Source of the DNA: Acidobacteriota bacterium
Lineage (GTDB): Bacteria > Acidobacteriota > UBA6911 > RPQK01 > JAJDTT01
Assembly: GCA_965217775.1 (NCBI GenBank)
Contig: CBDCJH010000002.1
Coordinates: forward strand, 448,001 to 512,000
Length of the DNA: 64,000 nt
Reading direction: 5' to 3'
Numbering within the stretch: the stretch's first letter is position 1; the number at the start of each line of letters is the position of its first letter. The translations under genes were made by a program, and so were the position numbers. Shown here one piece after another: positions 21,865 through 31,911 of the stretch. Below the pieces are notes generated by a model. The model ran no database searches. It was given only the letters and a program-made list of their open reading frames with translations, and was not told where the DNA came from.

Positions 21865-22047
21865 TTGGCCAATCCCAAAAGACGACATTCCAGGGCCCGC
21901 AGGGGACGAAGGCGATCTCACGATTTCCTGACGGCTCCGAGTCTGGCCACCTGCAGCCATTGCGGCAGCACCGTGCTCCCCCACCGCGTCTGTTCCGAGT
22001 GTGGATATTACAAGGGACGGCAGGTCATCAAGGCGGGGGAGGCATAG
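21865..22047 (+). CDS. rpmF: 50S ribosomal protein L32
   Basis: ANPKRRHSRARRGRRRSH, CxxC..PHRVCxxCG; GGAGG then TTG start. Confidence 0.97.
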   Translation: MANPKRRHSRARRGRRRSHDFLTAPSLATCSHCGSTVLPHRVCSECGYYKGRQVIKAGEA

Positions 22048-22225
22048 TGGTCCGTGGCAGAAGTGCGGTGCAGCGCCCGCAGCGGTGAAGGCACGCGTCC
22101 GATCGCCGGGAGCCCGTTGCCACCGCTTGTTGGCTCGGCGCGGGCGAACAGGACAGGTTTCCGTGCATATTCTTGGAGGACGTTGGAAAGGTGCCCACGG
22201 CGTCGCCAATAGGGTACGTGTCCAG

Positions 22226-22384
22226 CAGCCCAGGGCAAAAGTCCTCACGGCATTCGACCGTCCCTGCATCCCGGCGGACTGCGTTGCTATCGGCTCACAT
22301 ACTCCCGGTATGCGCCCTCCGAAGCGCCTTGTCCGGCGGGCGCAGGAACGGTCTCGGTGCTCGCGGGACTTTCACCACGGACTG
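22226..22384 (+). mobile_element. MITE family A copy
   Basis: Same ~159-bp body; CCAG duplicated on both sides. Confidence 0.9.
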
Positions 22385-22426
22385 CCAGGAACCACCTTGC
22401 CATCCACACTCCTGCCGTGAGGTTTC

Positions 22427-23341
22427 ATGATCGCATTTGTCTTTCCGGGTCAGGGGTCCCAGACCCCTGGGATGGGTGTGGACGTGGCCGAGGCCCATCC
22501 GGCGGCGCAAGAGGTCTTCGACCAGGCCGACGCAGCGTTGGGTTTCGGCTTGAGCGAGATCTGCCGCCGCGGAAGTCGTGAAGACCTGGCGCTGACCGTC
22601 AACACCCAACCGGCAATTCTGACGGCGTCAATCGCTCTCTTGCGGGCGATGGGCGAACGGGGACGCGGGCCCGATTTTGTTGCGGGCCACAGCCTGGGAG
22701 AGTATTCCGCACTGGTGGCGGCTGGGGCCTTGGAGTTCACCGCTGCAGTTCGCCTGGTGCGCCAGCGCGGCCGCTTCATGCAAGACGCCGTCCCGGTGGG
22801 GGAGGGGAGCATGGCTGCGGTGCTGGGTCTCGACCTCGGACCGCTGGAGGAAGTCTGCGAAGAAGCTGCGGAGGGCGAGGTCGTAGCTGCGGCGAATATC
22901 AACTCTCCTCAGCAGATCGTCATTGCGGGGCATCGAGGGGCCGTGGCGCGAGCCTGCCGGCTGGCCCGGTCGCGGGGAGCTCGCCGGGCGCTCCGGTTGC
23001 CCGTGAGCGCCCCCTTTCATTGTTCCCTCATGGAGCCGGCCAGGCAGCGTCTGAAACCGTTGCTCCGGGACACTCGTTTTGGCGAATTGACTTGTCCTCT
23101 GATCAATAACGTGGATGCCAGGAGCGTCACCAGCGGATCCGCGGCTCGGGAAGGCCTGATTCGTCAGGTGACCGCCCCTGTCCGATGGCGCCGTTCGGTG
23201 GAGATTCTTTGGGAACTGGGAGCGCGAACGTTCGTCGAGGTGGGGCCGGGTCGGGTGCTGAGTCGCCTGATACGGCAGATCGTGCCCGAAGCTCAGGTAA
23301 AATGGATCGGGAATCGTGCCGAGGTGGAGGCCCATGTTTGA
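22427..23341 (+). CDS. fabD: Malonyl-CoA:ACP transacylase
   Basis: FPGQGSQ, GHSLGEY, SAPFH. Confidence 0.97.
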   Translation: MIAFVFPGQGSQTPGMGVDVAEAHPAAQEVFDQADAALGFGLSEICRRGSREDLALTVNTQPAILTASIALLRAMGERGRGPDFVAGHSLGEYSALVAAGALEFTAAVRLVRQRGRFMQDAVPVGEGSMAAVLGLDLGPLEEVCEEAAEGEVVAAANINSPQQIVIAGHRGAVARACRLARSRGARRALRLPVSAPFHCSLMEPARQRLKPLLRDTRFGELTCPLINNVDARSVTSGSAAREGLIRQVTAPVRWRRSVEILWELGARTFVEVGPGRVLSRLIRQIVPEAQVKWIGNRAEVEAHV

Positions 23342-24077
23342 TTTTTCGGGGCAGGTCGCATTGGTTACCGGAGCGTCACGGGGTATCGGCCGCCGTGTCG
23401 CGGAGGATCTTTCGAGCCATGGGGCAAGTGTTGCCCTCGTTTCGCGGGGCCAGTCGGAAATCGAGAGTGTAGCGGCTGTCGTGGCGGAGTCGGGTCATCC
23501 CACGCTGGGCGTCGCCATGGATATTTCATCGTCCCGCTCCGTTCAGGAGGGGGTGAGACGCGTATTTCAGGAATTCGGCAGGATCGACATTCTGGTGAAC
23601 AACGCCGGGATTGTCCGGGACAAGCTTCTGCTCCGGATGAAAGATGAGGATTGGCGCCAGGTTCTCAACACCAACCTGGACGGCGTCTTCCGCGTCACCC
23701 GGGCGGTCGTGCGGAGCATGGTCAGGCATCGTTACGGCAGGATCGTGAACCTGACCTCCGTGGTCGGACAGACCGGGAACCCGGGTCAGGTCAACTACGT
23801 TTCCAGCAAGGCGGGAATCATCGGGTTCACCAAGGCGTTGGCCAGGGAGGTTGCCGGTCGCAACATCACGGTGAATGCCATTGCCCCCGGGTTCATCGAG
23901 ACCGATATGACTCGGAGCCTTCCCGACCGGGCCCGTTCCGAGCTGGTAGCCACCATCCCCCTGAAGCGTGTTGGAACCGTCGACGAAGTGGCCTACGGAG
24001 TGCGATTTCTGGCTTCCAGGGAGGCTGGATATGTCACGGGCCATGTGCTAAACGTTAACGGCGGCATGTATATGTAG
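23334..24077 (+). CDS. fabG: 3-oxoacyl-ACP reductase
   Basis: TGASRGIG, NNAG, YxxxK, NVNGGMYM. Confidence 0.97.
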   Translation: MFDFSGQVALVTGASRGIGRRVAEDLSSHGASVALVSRGQSEIESVAAVVAESGHPTLGVAMDISSSRSVQEGVRRVFQEFGRIDILVNNAGIVRDKLLLRMKDEDWRQVLNTNLDGVFRVTRAVVRSMVRHRYGRIVNLTSVVGQTGNPGQVNYVSSKAGIIGFTKALAREVAGRNITVNAIAPGFIETDMTRSLPDRARSELVATIPLKRVGTVDEVAYGVRFLASREAGYVTGHVLNVNGGMYM

Positions 24078-24144
24078 TTCACTCGGCGCTCGCGCGTCGC
24101 TTGAGGCGCGAGCCCGGTGCCACGGGTCCCCATTGGCTTCATGG

Positions 24145-24249
24145 ATGGAGGAGCCACGTCATCGGTCGAGGATAACGCGTAATCGATCATCATCAAAAAC
24201 TGAATGGAGGAGCTATGTCATCGGTCGAGGAGCAAGTGAAATCGATCAT
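24145..24249 (+). repeat. Degenerate tandem duplication (59-nt period) of the acpP RBS and first codons
   Basis: atggaggagccacgtcatcggtcgagga...aatcgatcat versus atggaggagctatgtcatcggtcgagga...aatcgatcat. Confidence 0.8.
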
Positions 24250-24451
24250 TGTGGACCAGCTTGGCGTCAGCGATTCGGATGTGGGTGCCGACGCTCGCTT
24301 CGTTGAGGACCTGGGCGCCGACTCGCTGGACACGGTCGAGTTGGTGATGAAGTTCGAAGAAGACTTCGAACTGGAAATACCCGACGAAGACGCGGAAAAG
24401 ATCCGAACCGTCCGCGACGCCGTAGACTACATCGACGCTCAGCAGAAGTGA
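24215..24451 (+). CDS. acpP: Acyl carrier protein
   Basis: [14 protein letters not shown]. Confidence 0.98.
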   Translation: MSSVEEQVKSIIVDQLGVSDSDVGADARFVEDLGADSLDTVELVMKFEEDFELEIPDEDAEKIRTVRDAVDYIDAQQK

Positions 24452-24500
24452 TTCCCCTATAATTCGAAACTCCAACGGGCACTTTGGGAGCGACGGCAGC

Positions 24501-25742
24501 TTGAAGAGAAGGGTCGCGGTAACAGGCGTCGGGATTGTATCGCCTGTCGGTCTGGACACGGTCGAGACCTGGGAGGCACTGCTTCAGGGACGGAGTGGTG
24601 TCGGATACGTGACCCGATTCGACACTTCCAAGTTCCCCACCAAGATTGCCGCCGAGGTCAAGGGTTTCGATCCCCTCCTCTATCTGAGCGTCAAAGAGGT
24701 CCGGAAAATGGACCTCTTCATCCAATACGCCATTTCGGCCAGCGACTATGCCGTGGATGCCTCGGGTCTCGAGATCACACCCGAGAACGGCGAACGGGTC
24801 GGGGTTTTCATCGGTTCGGGTATCGGCGGCTTCGGCATCATCGAGCGGGAGCACAATAAGTTCCTGGCCAAGGGGCCGCGGTGGATCTCCCCCTTCTTCA
24901 TTCCCTCGACCATCGTGAATCTGGCGGCGGGCCAAGTTTCGATTCGTCTCGGAGCCATGGGACCCAATTCAGCCACCTGCACCGCCTGTTCGGCCGGGTC
25001 CCATGCACTTGGTGACTCCTTCCGCATGATTCAACGGGGCGAGACCGACGTCATGATTGCCGGAGGAACGGAGGCTGCGATCACCCCCATGGGCATGGGC
25101 GGCTTCTCCGCCATGAGGGCCCTCTCGAAGCGCAATGACGCTCCTGAGAAGGCCAGCCGCCCATTTGATCTCCAGCGGGACGGATTCGTCATGGGCGAAG
25201 GGGCCGGAATCCTGGTTCTGGAGGAGATGGAACAGGCTCGCAGACGCGGCGCCGAAATCCTGGCCGAGGTCGTGGGTTACGGCATGAGCGGCGACGCTCA
25301 TCACATCACGTCTCCCCCGGAAGATGGGTCGGGTGCCGCCCGAGCCATGAGGAAGACCCTGGAAGACGCCCAGGTCTCTCCCCAAGAGGTGGACTACATC
25401 AATGCCCACGGAACCAGCACGCCTCCAAACGATCGGATCGAGACTCTGGCGATCAAGACGGTCTTCGGAGATCATGCCCGTAAGCTGGCGGTCAGCGCCA
25501 CCAAGTCCATGACCGGCCATCTGCTGGGAGCGGCCGGCGGATTGGAAGGCGGAGTCGTGGTGCAGACCCTGAAGGATCAGGTCATTCCTCCCACCATAAA
25601 CCTGGAAACCTCCGATCCGGACTGTGATCTGGATTATGTTCCTCACCAGGCACGGAAGGCGGATATTCGGTATGCTATGTCCAATTCTTTCGGCTTCGGG
25701 GGAACCAATGCCTGCCTGCTGTTCAAACGACACGATCCATGA
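24501..25742 (+). CDS. fabF: Beta-ketoacyl-ACP synthase II
   Basis: TACSAG, NAHGTST, GHLLGAAG, SNSFGFGG. Confidence 0.97.
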   Translation: MKRRVAVTGVGIVSPVGLDTVETWEALLQGRSGVGYVTRFDTSKFPTKIAAEVKGFDPLLYLSVKEVRKMDLFIQYAISASDYAVDASGLEITPENGERVGVFIGSGIGGFGIIEREHNKFLAKGPRWISPFFIPSTIVNLAAGQVSIRLGAMGPNSATCTACSAGSHALGDSFRMIQRGETDVMIAGGTEAAITPMGMGGFSAMRALSKRNDAPEKASRPFDLQRDGFVMGEGAGILVLEEMEQARRRGAEILAEVVGYGMSGDAHHITSPPEDGSGAARAMRKTLEDAQVSPQEVDYINAHGTSTPPNDRIETLAIKTVFGDHARKLAVSATKSMTGHLLGAAGGLEGGVVVQTLKDQVIPPTINLETSDPDCDLDYVPHQARKADIRYAMSNSFGFGGTNACLLFKRHDP

Positions 25743-25900
25743 CAGCCCGTGGCAAAAGTCGTCACGGCATTCGACCGTCCCTGCATCCCGGCGGACTGCG
25801 TTGCTATCGGCTCACATACTCCCGGTATGCTCCCTCCGAAGCGCCTGGTCCGGCGGCGCAGGAACGGTCTCGGTGCTCGCGAGACTTTCACCACGGACTG
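25743..25900 (+). mobile_element. MITE family A copy abutting the fabF stop codon
   Basis: Same body; flanks ATGA / TTGA. Confidence 0.9.
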
Positions 25901-26018
25901 TTGAATCAGCCTGCTCTTGAGGAGAATCGGCGGATGAAAAGGCCGGGGTGTGGACATGTGACCGTGAGTCGAGTCCATTTCATTCCGCTTGGAGACCGTT
26001 CCGGTTCCGGACTCTTCC

Positions 26019-28388
26019 ATGGGATTTAGAAAGAGAGCGAAGAGGGTCAGCGGCTCCAGCCGGAGAAACCTGCTGATGAGGCGGTTTCTCGGCCTCAAGC
26101 ACTGGCGCCAGAGCATATTGGGCCAACTGACGATTCTGCAGCTTTCGGTCGGCCTGATTCTCTCGGTAGTGGTCGCCGCGGTCCTGGTCGGTTATCAGTT
26201 CCAATCCATTCCCGACTACAAAGCGGGCGAGATTGCCGATCGGACCATCGAAGCGCCCCGCGACTTCCGGGTGGTGGACCTGGAGGCGACCGATGAGAAG
26301 AAACGGGAGATCATCCAGGGTGTCCCCGGTGTCTTCGATTTGGATCTCTCGGTCAACCATCGCCTGGAATCGGAGTTGAAGAGCGCTTTTGCCGATGCCC
26401 GGCGAATTATCTCGGCAGTCCGGACGCGGTACCAACTGGGGGACAGACGGTCTTTCCCCAAGCGGGCGAAAGCCGAGCTGCTTTCCGAGTTGAGCCGCGC
26501 CCTCCCCCGGTTTGCCCAGGGGAAGGTGCTGGAGATCTGCCTCGCACGGGGTTTCTCCTCCGAACTGGAAAGTCAGATGCTGGCCGTGCTCCGGGAATCG
26601 ATGAAATCTCCGGGGGTCATTCTCAATCGCCAGATCCTCCTTCTCTATCGCGACCGGGGAATCATTCTCCAGAATGCCATCACCGGCCGCCAGGAACCCT
26701 TGGACGATTGGATCGCGATTCGGGATCTGGGGCAGGCTCGGGATGTCCTGCGGCAGAACGAATACGAGCTGACGGCGGTGGGTCGGGTGTCCAAGAAGCG
26801 GGTCATCAGCTTCCTGGATACATGGGTGGTTCCCAATGTCAGCTTCAACGAGAGGGCCACCCAAGACTTGGAGGACCTGGCGTCCGAAGAAGTGGATCAG
26901 GTTCTGGTCCAGGTCCGCAAAGGCCGTACCCTCGTGCGGAGCGGCGACGAGGTCGGGGCCCGGGAAATCCTGTTGCTCAACGGTCTCAAGAGCATGAAGC
27001 AGCCGCGCCGGGTTGCGGGGAAGTTCTTCGGGATCCTGATCATGGTCGGGTTCTTCCTGTTCGCTCTGGGCCACTATGCCGTCGTGGCGAGAGAGGGGAA
27101 GGCGGAGGCGCCCAGATACCATGTCCTGTTGTCGCTGGTGCTCCTTTCCACCTTGGTGGTCTGCAAGGTCTTCGTGGTTTTCGCGGACTTTTTGGTGGAG
27201 GGGATCGGGTTCGAGAGATTCCGGAACCCCGTGGATTTCTATCTGGTGGTGCCCACGGCGACCGGCGCCATCATCGCCGTGCTCTTGACCAACGTTCCAC
27301 TGACCGTTTTCTACGCTCTGACCTTCGCGGTCTTCGCCGGACTCATGACGGGCGAAGGTCTCATTGTCATCTACACACTGGCCGGTTCGCTGGCGGCCAT
27401 CTATGCCCTGGACCAGTATCGGGAGCGTTCGGTCGTCACCCGGGCCGGTCTGATCATCGGTCTGGTCAACGTAGCGATCGCCTTGGGTTATCAGCTTTTT
27501 TCCATGGCGGCGGGATTCGATTGGTTGCTCTTTGCCCTGCGTTCAACCAGCGGACTCCTGAGTGGGGTCTTGGCCGCCATGTTGGCTTCCCTGCTGCTCC
27601 CGATACTGGAGTCCTTGTTCCGGATCACCACCGACGTTCGCCTGCTTGAGCTCTCGAATCTGAACAACCCCGTCCTGCGGCGTCTGGCCCTGGAAGCTCC
27701 GGGAACGTATCACCACAGCATCACCGTCGGAACCCTGGCCGAGGCGGGAGCCGAAGCCATCGGAGCCAATAATCTCCTGGTCCGGGTGGGTGCGTACTAC
27801 CACGACATCGGCAAGCTCAAGGCACCCGAGTACTACGTCGAGAACCAGATCTACACTGCCAACAAGCACGATAACCTGACCCCGAGCATGTCCAGTCTCA
27901 TCCTGGGCAGTCACGTGAAGGACGGACTCGCCATCGCCGACGAGATCAAGCTGCTTCCCAAGGTCCGGGACCTCATTCCCCAGCACCATGGGACCCGGAT
28001 GATGAAGTACTTCTACGAGAAGGCCAAGGAGGCTGCCCGGGCTAAGGGCATGGAGGTCAGCGAGAGTGAGTTTCGCTATCCTGGCCCCAAACCACAGAGT
28101 CGAGAGGCGGCGATCCTGATGTTGGCCGACCAGGTGGAGGCGGCATCGCGCACCCTGGAAGATCCGGGGCCGGGGCAGATCCGGAGCCTGATCCAGCGTT
28201 TGACCCAGGCCACCATCGAGGACGGACAGTTCGACGAGTGCGACGTCACCATCAAGGAGCTGGGCCGGATCGGCAGCGCCTTCGAACGGGTCCTCAGCGG
28301 CATGTATCACCATCGGGTGGAGTACCCCGGATTCGAGTTCAACCAGCGTATTGAGGAACAGCAACTCCCACATCCACGTATTCAATAG
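26019..28388 (+). CDS. 7TM-HDIG membrane phosphohydrolase (YqfF/PgpH-like)
   Basis: Extracellular domain plus 7TM; APGTYHHS, YHDIGK, QHHGT, RYPGPKPQ; start codon uncertain. Confidence 0.9.
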   Translation: MGFRKRAKRVSGSSRRNLLMRRFLGLKHWRQSILGQLTILQLSVGLILSVVVAAVLVGYQFQSIPDYKAGEIADRTIEAPRDFRVVDLEATDEKKREIIQGVPGVFDLDLSVNHRLESELKSAFADARRIISAVRTRYQLGDRRSFPKRAKAELLSELSRALPRFAQGKVLEICLARGFSSELESQMLAVLRESMKSPGVILNRQILLLYRDRGIILQNAITGRQEPLDDWIAIRDLGQARDVLRQNEYELTAVGRVSKKRVISFLDTWVVPNVSFNERATQDLEDLASEEVDQVLVQVRKGRTLVRSGDEVGAREILLLNGLKSMKQPRRVAGKFFGILIMVGFFLFALGHYAVVAREGKAEAPRYHVLLSLVLLSTLVVCKVFVVFADFLVEGIGFERFRNPVDFYLVVPTATGAIIAVLLTNVPLTVFYALTFAVFAGLMTGEGLIVIYTLAGSLAAIYALDQYRERSVVTRAGLIIGLVNVAIALGYQLFSMAAGFDWLLFALRSTSGLLSGVLAAMLASLLLPILESLFRITTDVRLLELSNLNNPVLRRLALEAPGTYHHSITVGTLAEAGAEAIGANNLLVRVGAYYHDIGKLKAPEYYVENQIYTANKHDNLTPSMSSLILGSHVKDGLAIADEIKLLPKVRDLIPQHHGTRMMKYFYEKAKEAARAKGMEVSESEFRYPGPKPQSREAAILMLADQVEAASRTLEDPGPGQIRSLIQRLTQATIEDGQFDECDVTIKELGRIGSAFERVLSGMYHHRVEYPGFEFNQRIEEQQLPHPRIQ

Positions 28389-28764
28389 GCAGAAAAAGGT
28401 CCTGATCGAGACCCGGCGCCTTGAGGAATTTTTGGGCCGTCTGGCTCACAGACTGGGAATCGAAGCGGAGTTTTCGACCGTCCTCGTCAGTGATCGCGGA
28501 ATCCGTCATTACAACCTTCGCTACCGGGGAGTGCCCGAACCGACGGACGTGCTCGCATTCCCCATGGGCGAGGAGTCCTACCTGGGTGATATCCTGATTT
28601 CAGTGGAAACAGCCGACCGGCAGTGTTGCACAAGTCTGCAGACGGAACTGAAGGTGTTGGCTCTGCATGGTCTTCTCCATCTCATGGGGTATGACCATGA
28701 GGTCGACTCAGGTGAAATGGAATCAATGGAAGTGCAGCTGAGAAGGGAGTTTCAACTTCTTTGA
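28351..28764 (+). CDS. ybeY: rRNA maturation RNase YbeY
   Basis: PTDVLAF, HGLLHLMGYDH. Confidence 0.93.
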   Translation: MRNSNSHIHVFNRQKKVLIETRRLEEFLGRLAHRLGIEAEFSTVLVSDRGIRHYNLRYRGVPEPTDVLAFPMGEESYLGDILISVETADRQCCTSLQTELKVLALHGLLHLMGYDHEVDSGEMESMEVQLRREFQLL

Positions 28765-30035
28765 GTTGGGCGGTCGCCCTTTTGTTGGCGCTCTCTCTCC
28801 TGATTCTCCTCTTTCTCTCGGTGGTCGAGACTGCCGTCATTCGACTCTCCCGCCTGACTCTCAGGATACTTTCGAAGCGGGAGTCGACTCGGGAACCGGG
28901 TCTCGTGGGGACCATTACCTCGGACCGGAGCCGTTTCCTGCTTCCGGTTCGCTTGGTGCTTCTCTCTTTACAGATCACGCTGGTCGTCTTCACCACGGGA
29001 TTCTTCCTTAAGCTCCGGCCCGAGCAGGGAGCATCGTGGGCGCTGCTGGTGCTGCTGTCGGCCTTTGGGTTGGTGCTGTTGGTGATTCCCATCATCGCGA
29101 CCCGGTATCCGGAACAGGCCCTGTTGCGGCTGGTGCCGGTGCTTTCCCGGTGTTACCCCTTCATGGCATGGATCAGTCGTCCCCTGGCCTCGTTGCTCAA
29201 GCCCTTCGAGCGCGCATCCGCCAACGGTGACGAAACGGGAGGCCAGGAGGAAGAATCGACGGAAGACGAGTTTGAAGCCTACGTGGATGTCGGTGAGGAG
29301 GAGGGGATCATCGAGGGCCGGGAAGGTGACCTGATCCTTTCGGCGCTGGAGTTCGGGAACACTCGGGTCAGGGAGATCATGACTCCCCGAACCCAGGTCG
29401 TGGCGACTTCCCAGACCACGACCGTCTCCGAGATGCGGGATCTCATCGTCTCCCGGAAGCATTCCCGAATTCCGGTCTATCGAAAGGGTCTGGATGACGT
29501 CGTTGGCGTCGTCTACGTGCGAAATCTGCTCTCCTATCTCAACGCGGAGAGTGGTGACGAACCGGTGACGCTGCTGATGACGCCGCCGTTGTTCGTTCCT
29601 GAGACCAAGAAGGTGGCGGACCTGTTTCGGGAAATGCAGAGAAGCGCCGAGCACATTGCCATCGTCATCAACGAGTACGGGGCGGTCAGTGGACTGGTGA
29701 GCATCGAGGATCTGATCGAGGAGATCGTGGGCGAGATCCGGGATGAAGACGAGTTGCAGTTGGTGGATCTGGTTGCCGAGGGGGAAGGGAGCTACATCGT
29801 CCGTGGCGCAGCCGAAATCGAGAATCTGGAGAAGGCTTTGGGGCTGAGCCTGGGGGACACCCACTTTACGACGGTTTCGGGCGTCGTCGTCTCCCAGATG
29901 GGCCGGGTTCCGCATCCGGGCGAGACCACCGATATCAACGGCATCCGAGTCGAGGTTCTCACCGCCGATCAGAGAAGGATCAACACCCTGCGGATCCGCT
30001 TGGCGCTGGCGGGGCATGCCCCCCCTGGGGCCTGA
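28761..30035 (+). CDS. HlyC/CorC (DUF21-CBS) family membrane protein
   Basis: VREIMTPR, HSRIPVY, EYG...GLV..EDLIEEIVGEI.DE. Confidence 0.92.
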   Translation: MSWAVALLLALSLLILLFLSVVETAVIRLSRLTLRILSKRESTREPGLVGTITSDRSRFLLPVRLVLLSLQITLVVFTTGFFLKLRPEQGASWALLVLLSAFGLVLLVIPIIATRYPEQALLRLVPVLSRCYPFMAWISRPLASLLKPFERASANGDETGGQEEESTEDEFEAYVDVGEEEGIIEGREGDLILSALEFGNTRVREIMTPRTQVVATSQTTTVSEMRDLIVSRKHSRIPVYRKGLDDVVGVVYVRNLLSYLNAESGDEPVTLLMTPPLFVPETKKVADLFREMQRSAEHIAIVINEYGAVSGLVSIEDLIEEIVGEIRDEDELQLVDLVAEGEGSYIVRGAAEIENLEKALGLSLGDTHFTTVSGVVVSQMGRVPHPGETTDINGIRVEVLTADQRRINTLRIRLALAGHAPPGA

Positions 30036-30196
30036 CCGGGAGATACTGATTTCTGACGTGGTCGTGCCTGCGGACTGGATCCAATTCGTCATACACTCAA
30101 CGACCCGTTGAAAAGTTCGGGCCATTATTCCTTGAATGCCGAGGCAGCTCTTGCCGGCGGCCGGCGTGAACAATGAAGGACCGGTGACAACATCCC

Positions 30197-31279
30197 ATGT
30201 CCGCCTCCGCCTCTGACGTCCGTTTCATGCGCCGCGCTCTCCAGCTTGCCCGGCGAGGCGCCGGCCGGGTGAGTCCCAACCCCATGGTGGGAGCCGTGGT
30301 CGTGGGGGACGGCCAGATCGTGGGCGAGGGCTATCATCTCTACCGGAAACTCCATCACGCCGAGGTGGTCGCTCTGGACCGGGCCGGAAGCCGCGCCCGA
30401 GGAGCCACCCTGTATGTCACCCTGGAGCCCTGTGCCCATTGGGGCCGGACGCCTCCCTGCATGCAGAGAGTCGCCGAAGCCGGGATCCGGGAAGTCTTCG
30501 TAGCCGTGACCGACCCCTCGCCCCAAGTGGCGGGCAAGGGAATGCGGTACCTTCGTTCGCGCGGAATTCGAGTCCATGAGGGACTGTGTGATGAAGAGGC
30601 GCGCCGGCTCAACGAAGCCTTCTTCTTCTTCGTCAGACACGGGAGACCCTACTGCCTGCTCAAGCTGGCTCTCACGTTGGACGGCCGGATCGCCGCCCCG
30701 GGCGGCGATTCCAAGTGGATCACAGGCGAGAAGGCGAGGCGTCATGTGCACCGCCACCGTTTTCTCTACGACGCCATTCTGGTGGGAATAGAGACCGTCC
30801 TGACGGACGATCCCTCCCTGGATGTCCGCTGGAGGTCGAGGAAGCGGATCCGGAAGGTGATTCTGGATTCTCGACTACGGACCCCGGTGAACTCCAGGCT
30901 CTTCCAGTCGGGTGATCCCGTATGGATCTTTCACAGTTGTCCATGTCCGCCCGACAGTCCCCTCGCGGCCAGGGCACGTCTGGTACGCGTCCCGCGAGAG
31001 GGACCGTTTCTTTCCTGGCCGGCGGTGCTGGAGTCTCTGGGCCGGGATTCCATCACCAGTCTCATCGTCGAGGGAGGCGGCCAGGTCGCCGGATCGTCCC
31101 TGCAGGCCGGTGTCATCCAGCGGCTCCACTTCTACTATGGGCCCAAGATCCTCGGCAGCAGGGGTGTCCCGGGAGTAGGAAAGCTCGCGGTCGGCCGCCT
31201 CGCCGATGCGCTCACCGTCTCCGGTCTCAAGGTCAAGAGACTGGGTCAGGATTTCCTGCTGGACGGAAATTTGGAGTAG
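30197..31279 (+). CDS. ribD: Riboflavin biosynthesis deaminase/reductase
   Basis: PNPMVGAV, HAE, TLEPCAHWGRTPPC, SKWITG, VEGGG. Confidence 0.96.
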   Translation: MSASASDVRFMRRALQLARRGAGRVSPNPMVGAVVVGDGQIVGEGYHLYRKLHHAEVVALDRAGSRARGATLYVTLEPCAHWGRTPPCMQRVAEAGIREVFVAVTDPSPQVAGKGMRYLRSRGIRVHEGLCDEEARRLNEAFFFFVRHGRPYCLLKLALTLDGRIAAPGGDSKWITGEKARRHVHRHRFLYDAILVGIETVLTDDPSLDVRWRSRKRIRKVILDSRLRTPVNSRLFQSGDPVWIFHSCPCPPDSPLAARARLVRVPREGPFLSWPAVLESLGRDSITSLIVEGGGQVAGSSLQAGVIQRLHFYYGPKILGSRGVPGVGKLAVGRLADALTVSGLKVKRLGQDFLLDGNLE

Positions 31280-31314
31280 GTGACTGCGGCGCGTGCCGGA
31301 CCCGCCGCCCGAAG

Positions 31315-31911
31315 TCAGCGCCGGGCGCCTCTGGAAAAGAGGCGCCGTTCCAGGTCGGTCAGGTTGTACTGTTGCTCCAACTCCACCAATAGCGGGCGGA
31401 GGGTCTCGATTTGGTCCAGGTTCAAATGAACCTGGTCGATCAAGGGTTCCGGCGCAAATGACGTCCGAACCCGCCTTCCTGCGTTCCGGGCTCCCCGGAG
31501 AGCCGTGTAGTGGCCGAATGCTCGAATGGCCGGATAGAAGAAGAAGACGTTGGGTCCTGGAATGGGGGTGAGGAGGCTGCCCAGACCGGCGAGGACCACG
31601 TCCACCTTGAGCCAGGCGGAATGTTTCCGGCGTTGCCGGACCAAGAAGCGGTGCAGCAGTTTTCTTGCTGCCTCGCTGTCCATGCGGGTCGAGTGGCGCA
31701 CCTTCAGTTCGGGAACCTGGCGGAGAGCCGAACAGAGCCTCTCATCGTAGTCGAAGCGCTCTTCCAATCGCCGGTAAGTCGTGCGGATCCGATCTTGCAG
31801 CCGCGTCCACCGCGTGGTTGGATTCCGGCGCTGCGCTATGGCCGTTTTCGGCAATGGCTGCAACACGGGCAGCGCATCGCCCCGCCGCGACTCGAACAGC
31901 AGGAGATTCAT
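31315..31911 (-). CDS. Hypothetical membrane protein resembling the Mit_KHE1 (mitochondrial K+/H+ exchange-related) family
   Basis: Motif LTPIPGPNVFFFYPAIRAFGHYTALRG; ATG overlaps the thiE stop; family assignment from memory only. Confidence 0.5.
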   Translation of the reverse strand: MNLLLFESRRGDALPVLQPLPKTAIAQRRNPTTRWTRLQDRIRTTYRRLEERFDYDERLCSALRQVPELKVRHSTRMDSEAARKLLHRFLVRQRRKHSAWLKVDVVLAGLGSLLTPIPGPNVFFFYPAIRAFGHYTALRGARNAGRRVRTSFAPEPLIDQVHLNLDQIETLRPLLVELEQQYNLTDLERRLFSRGARR

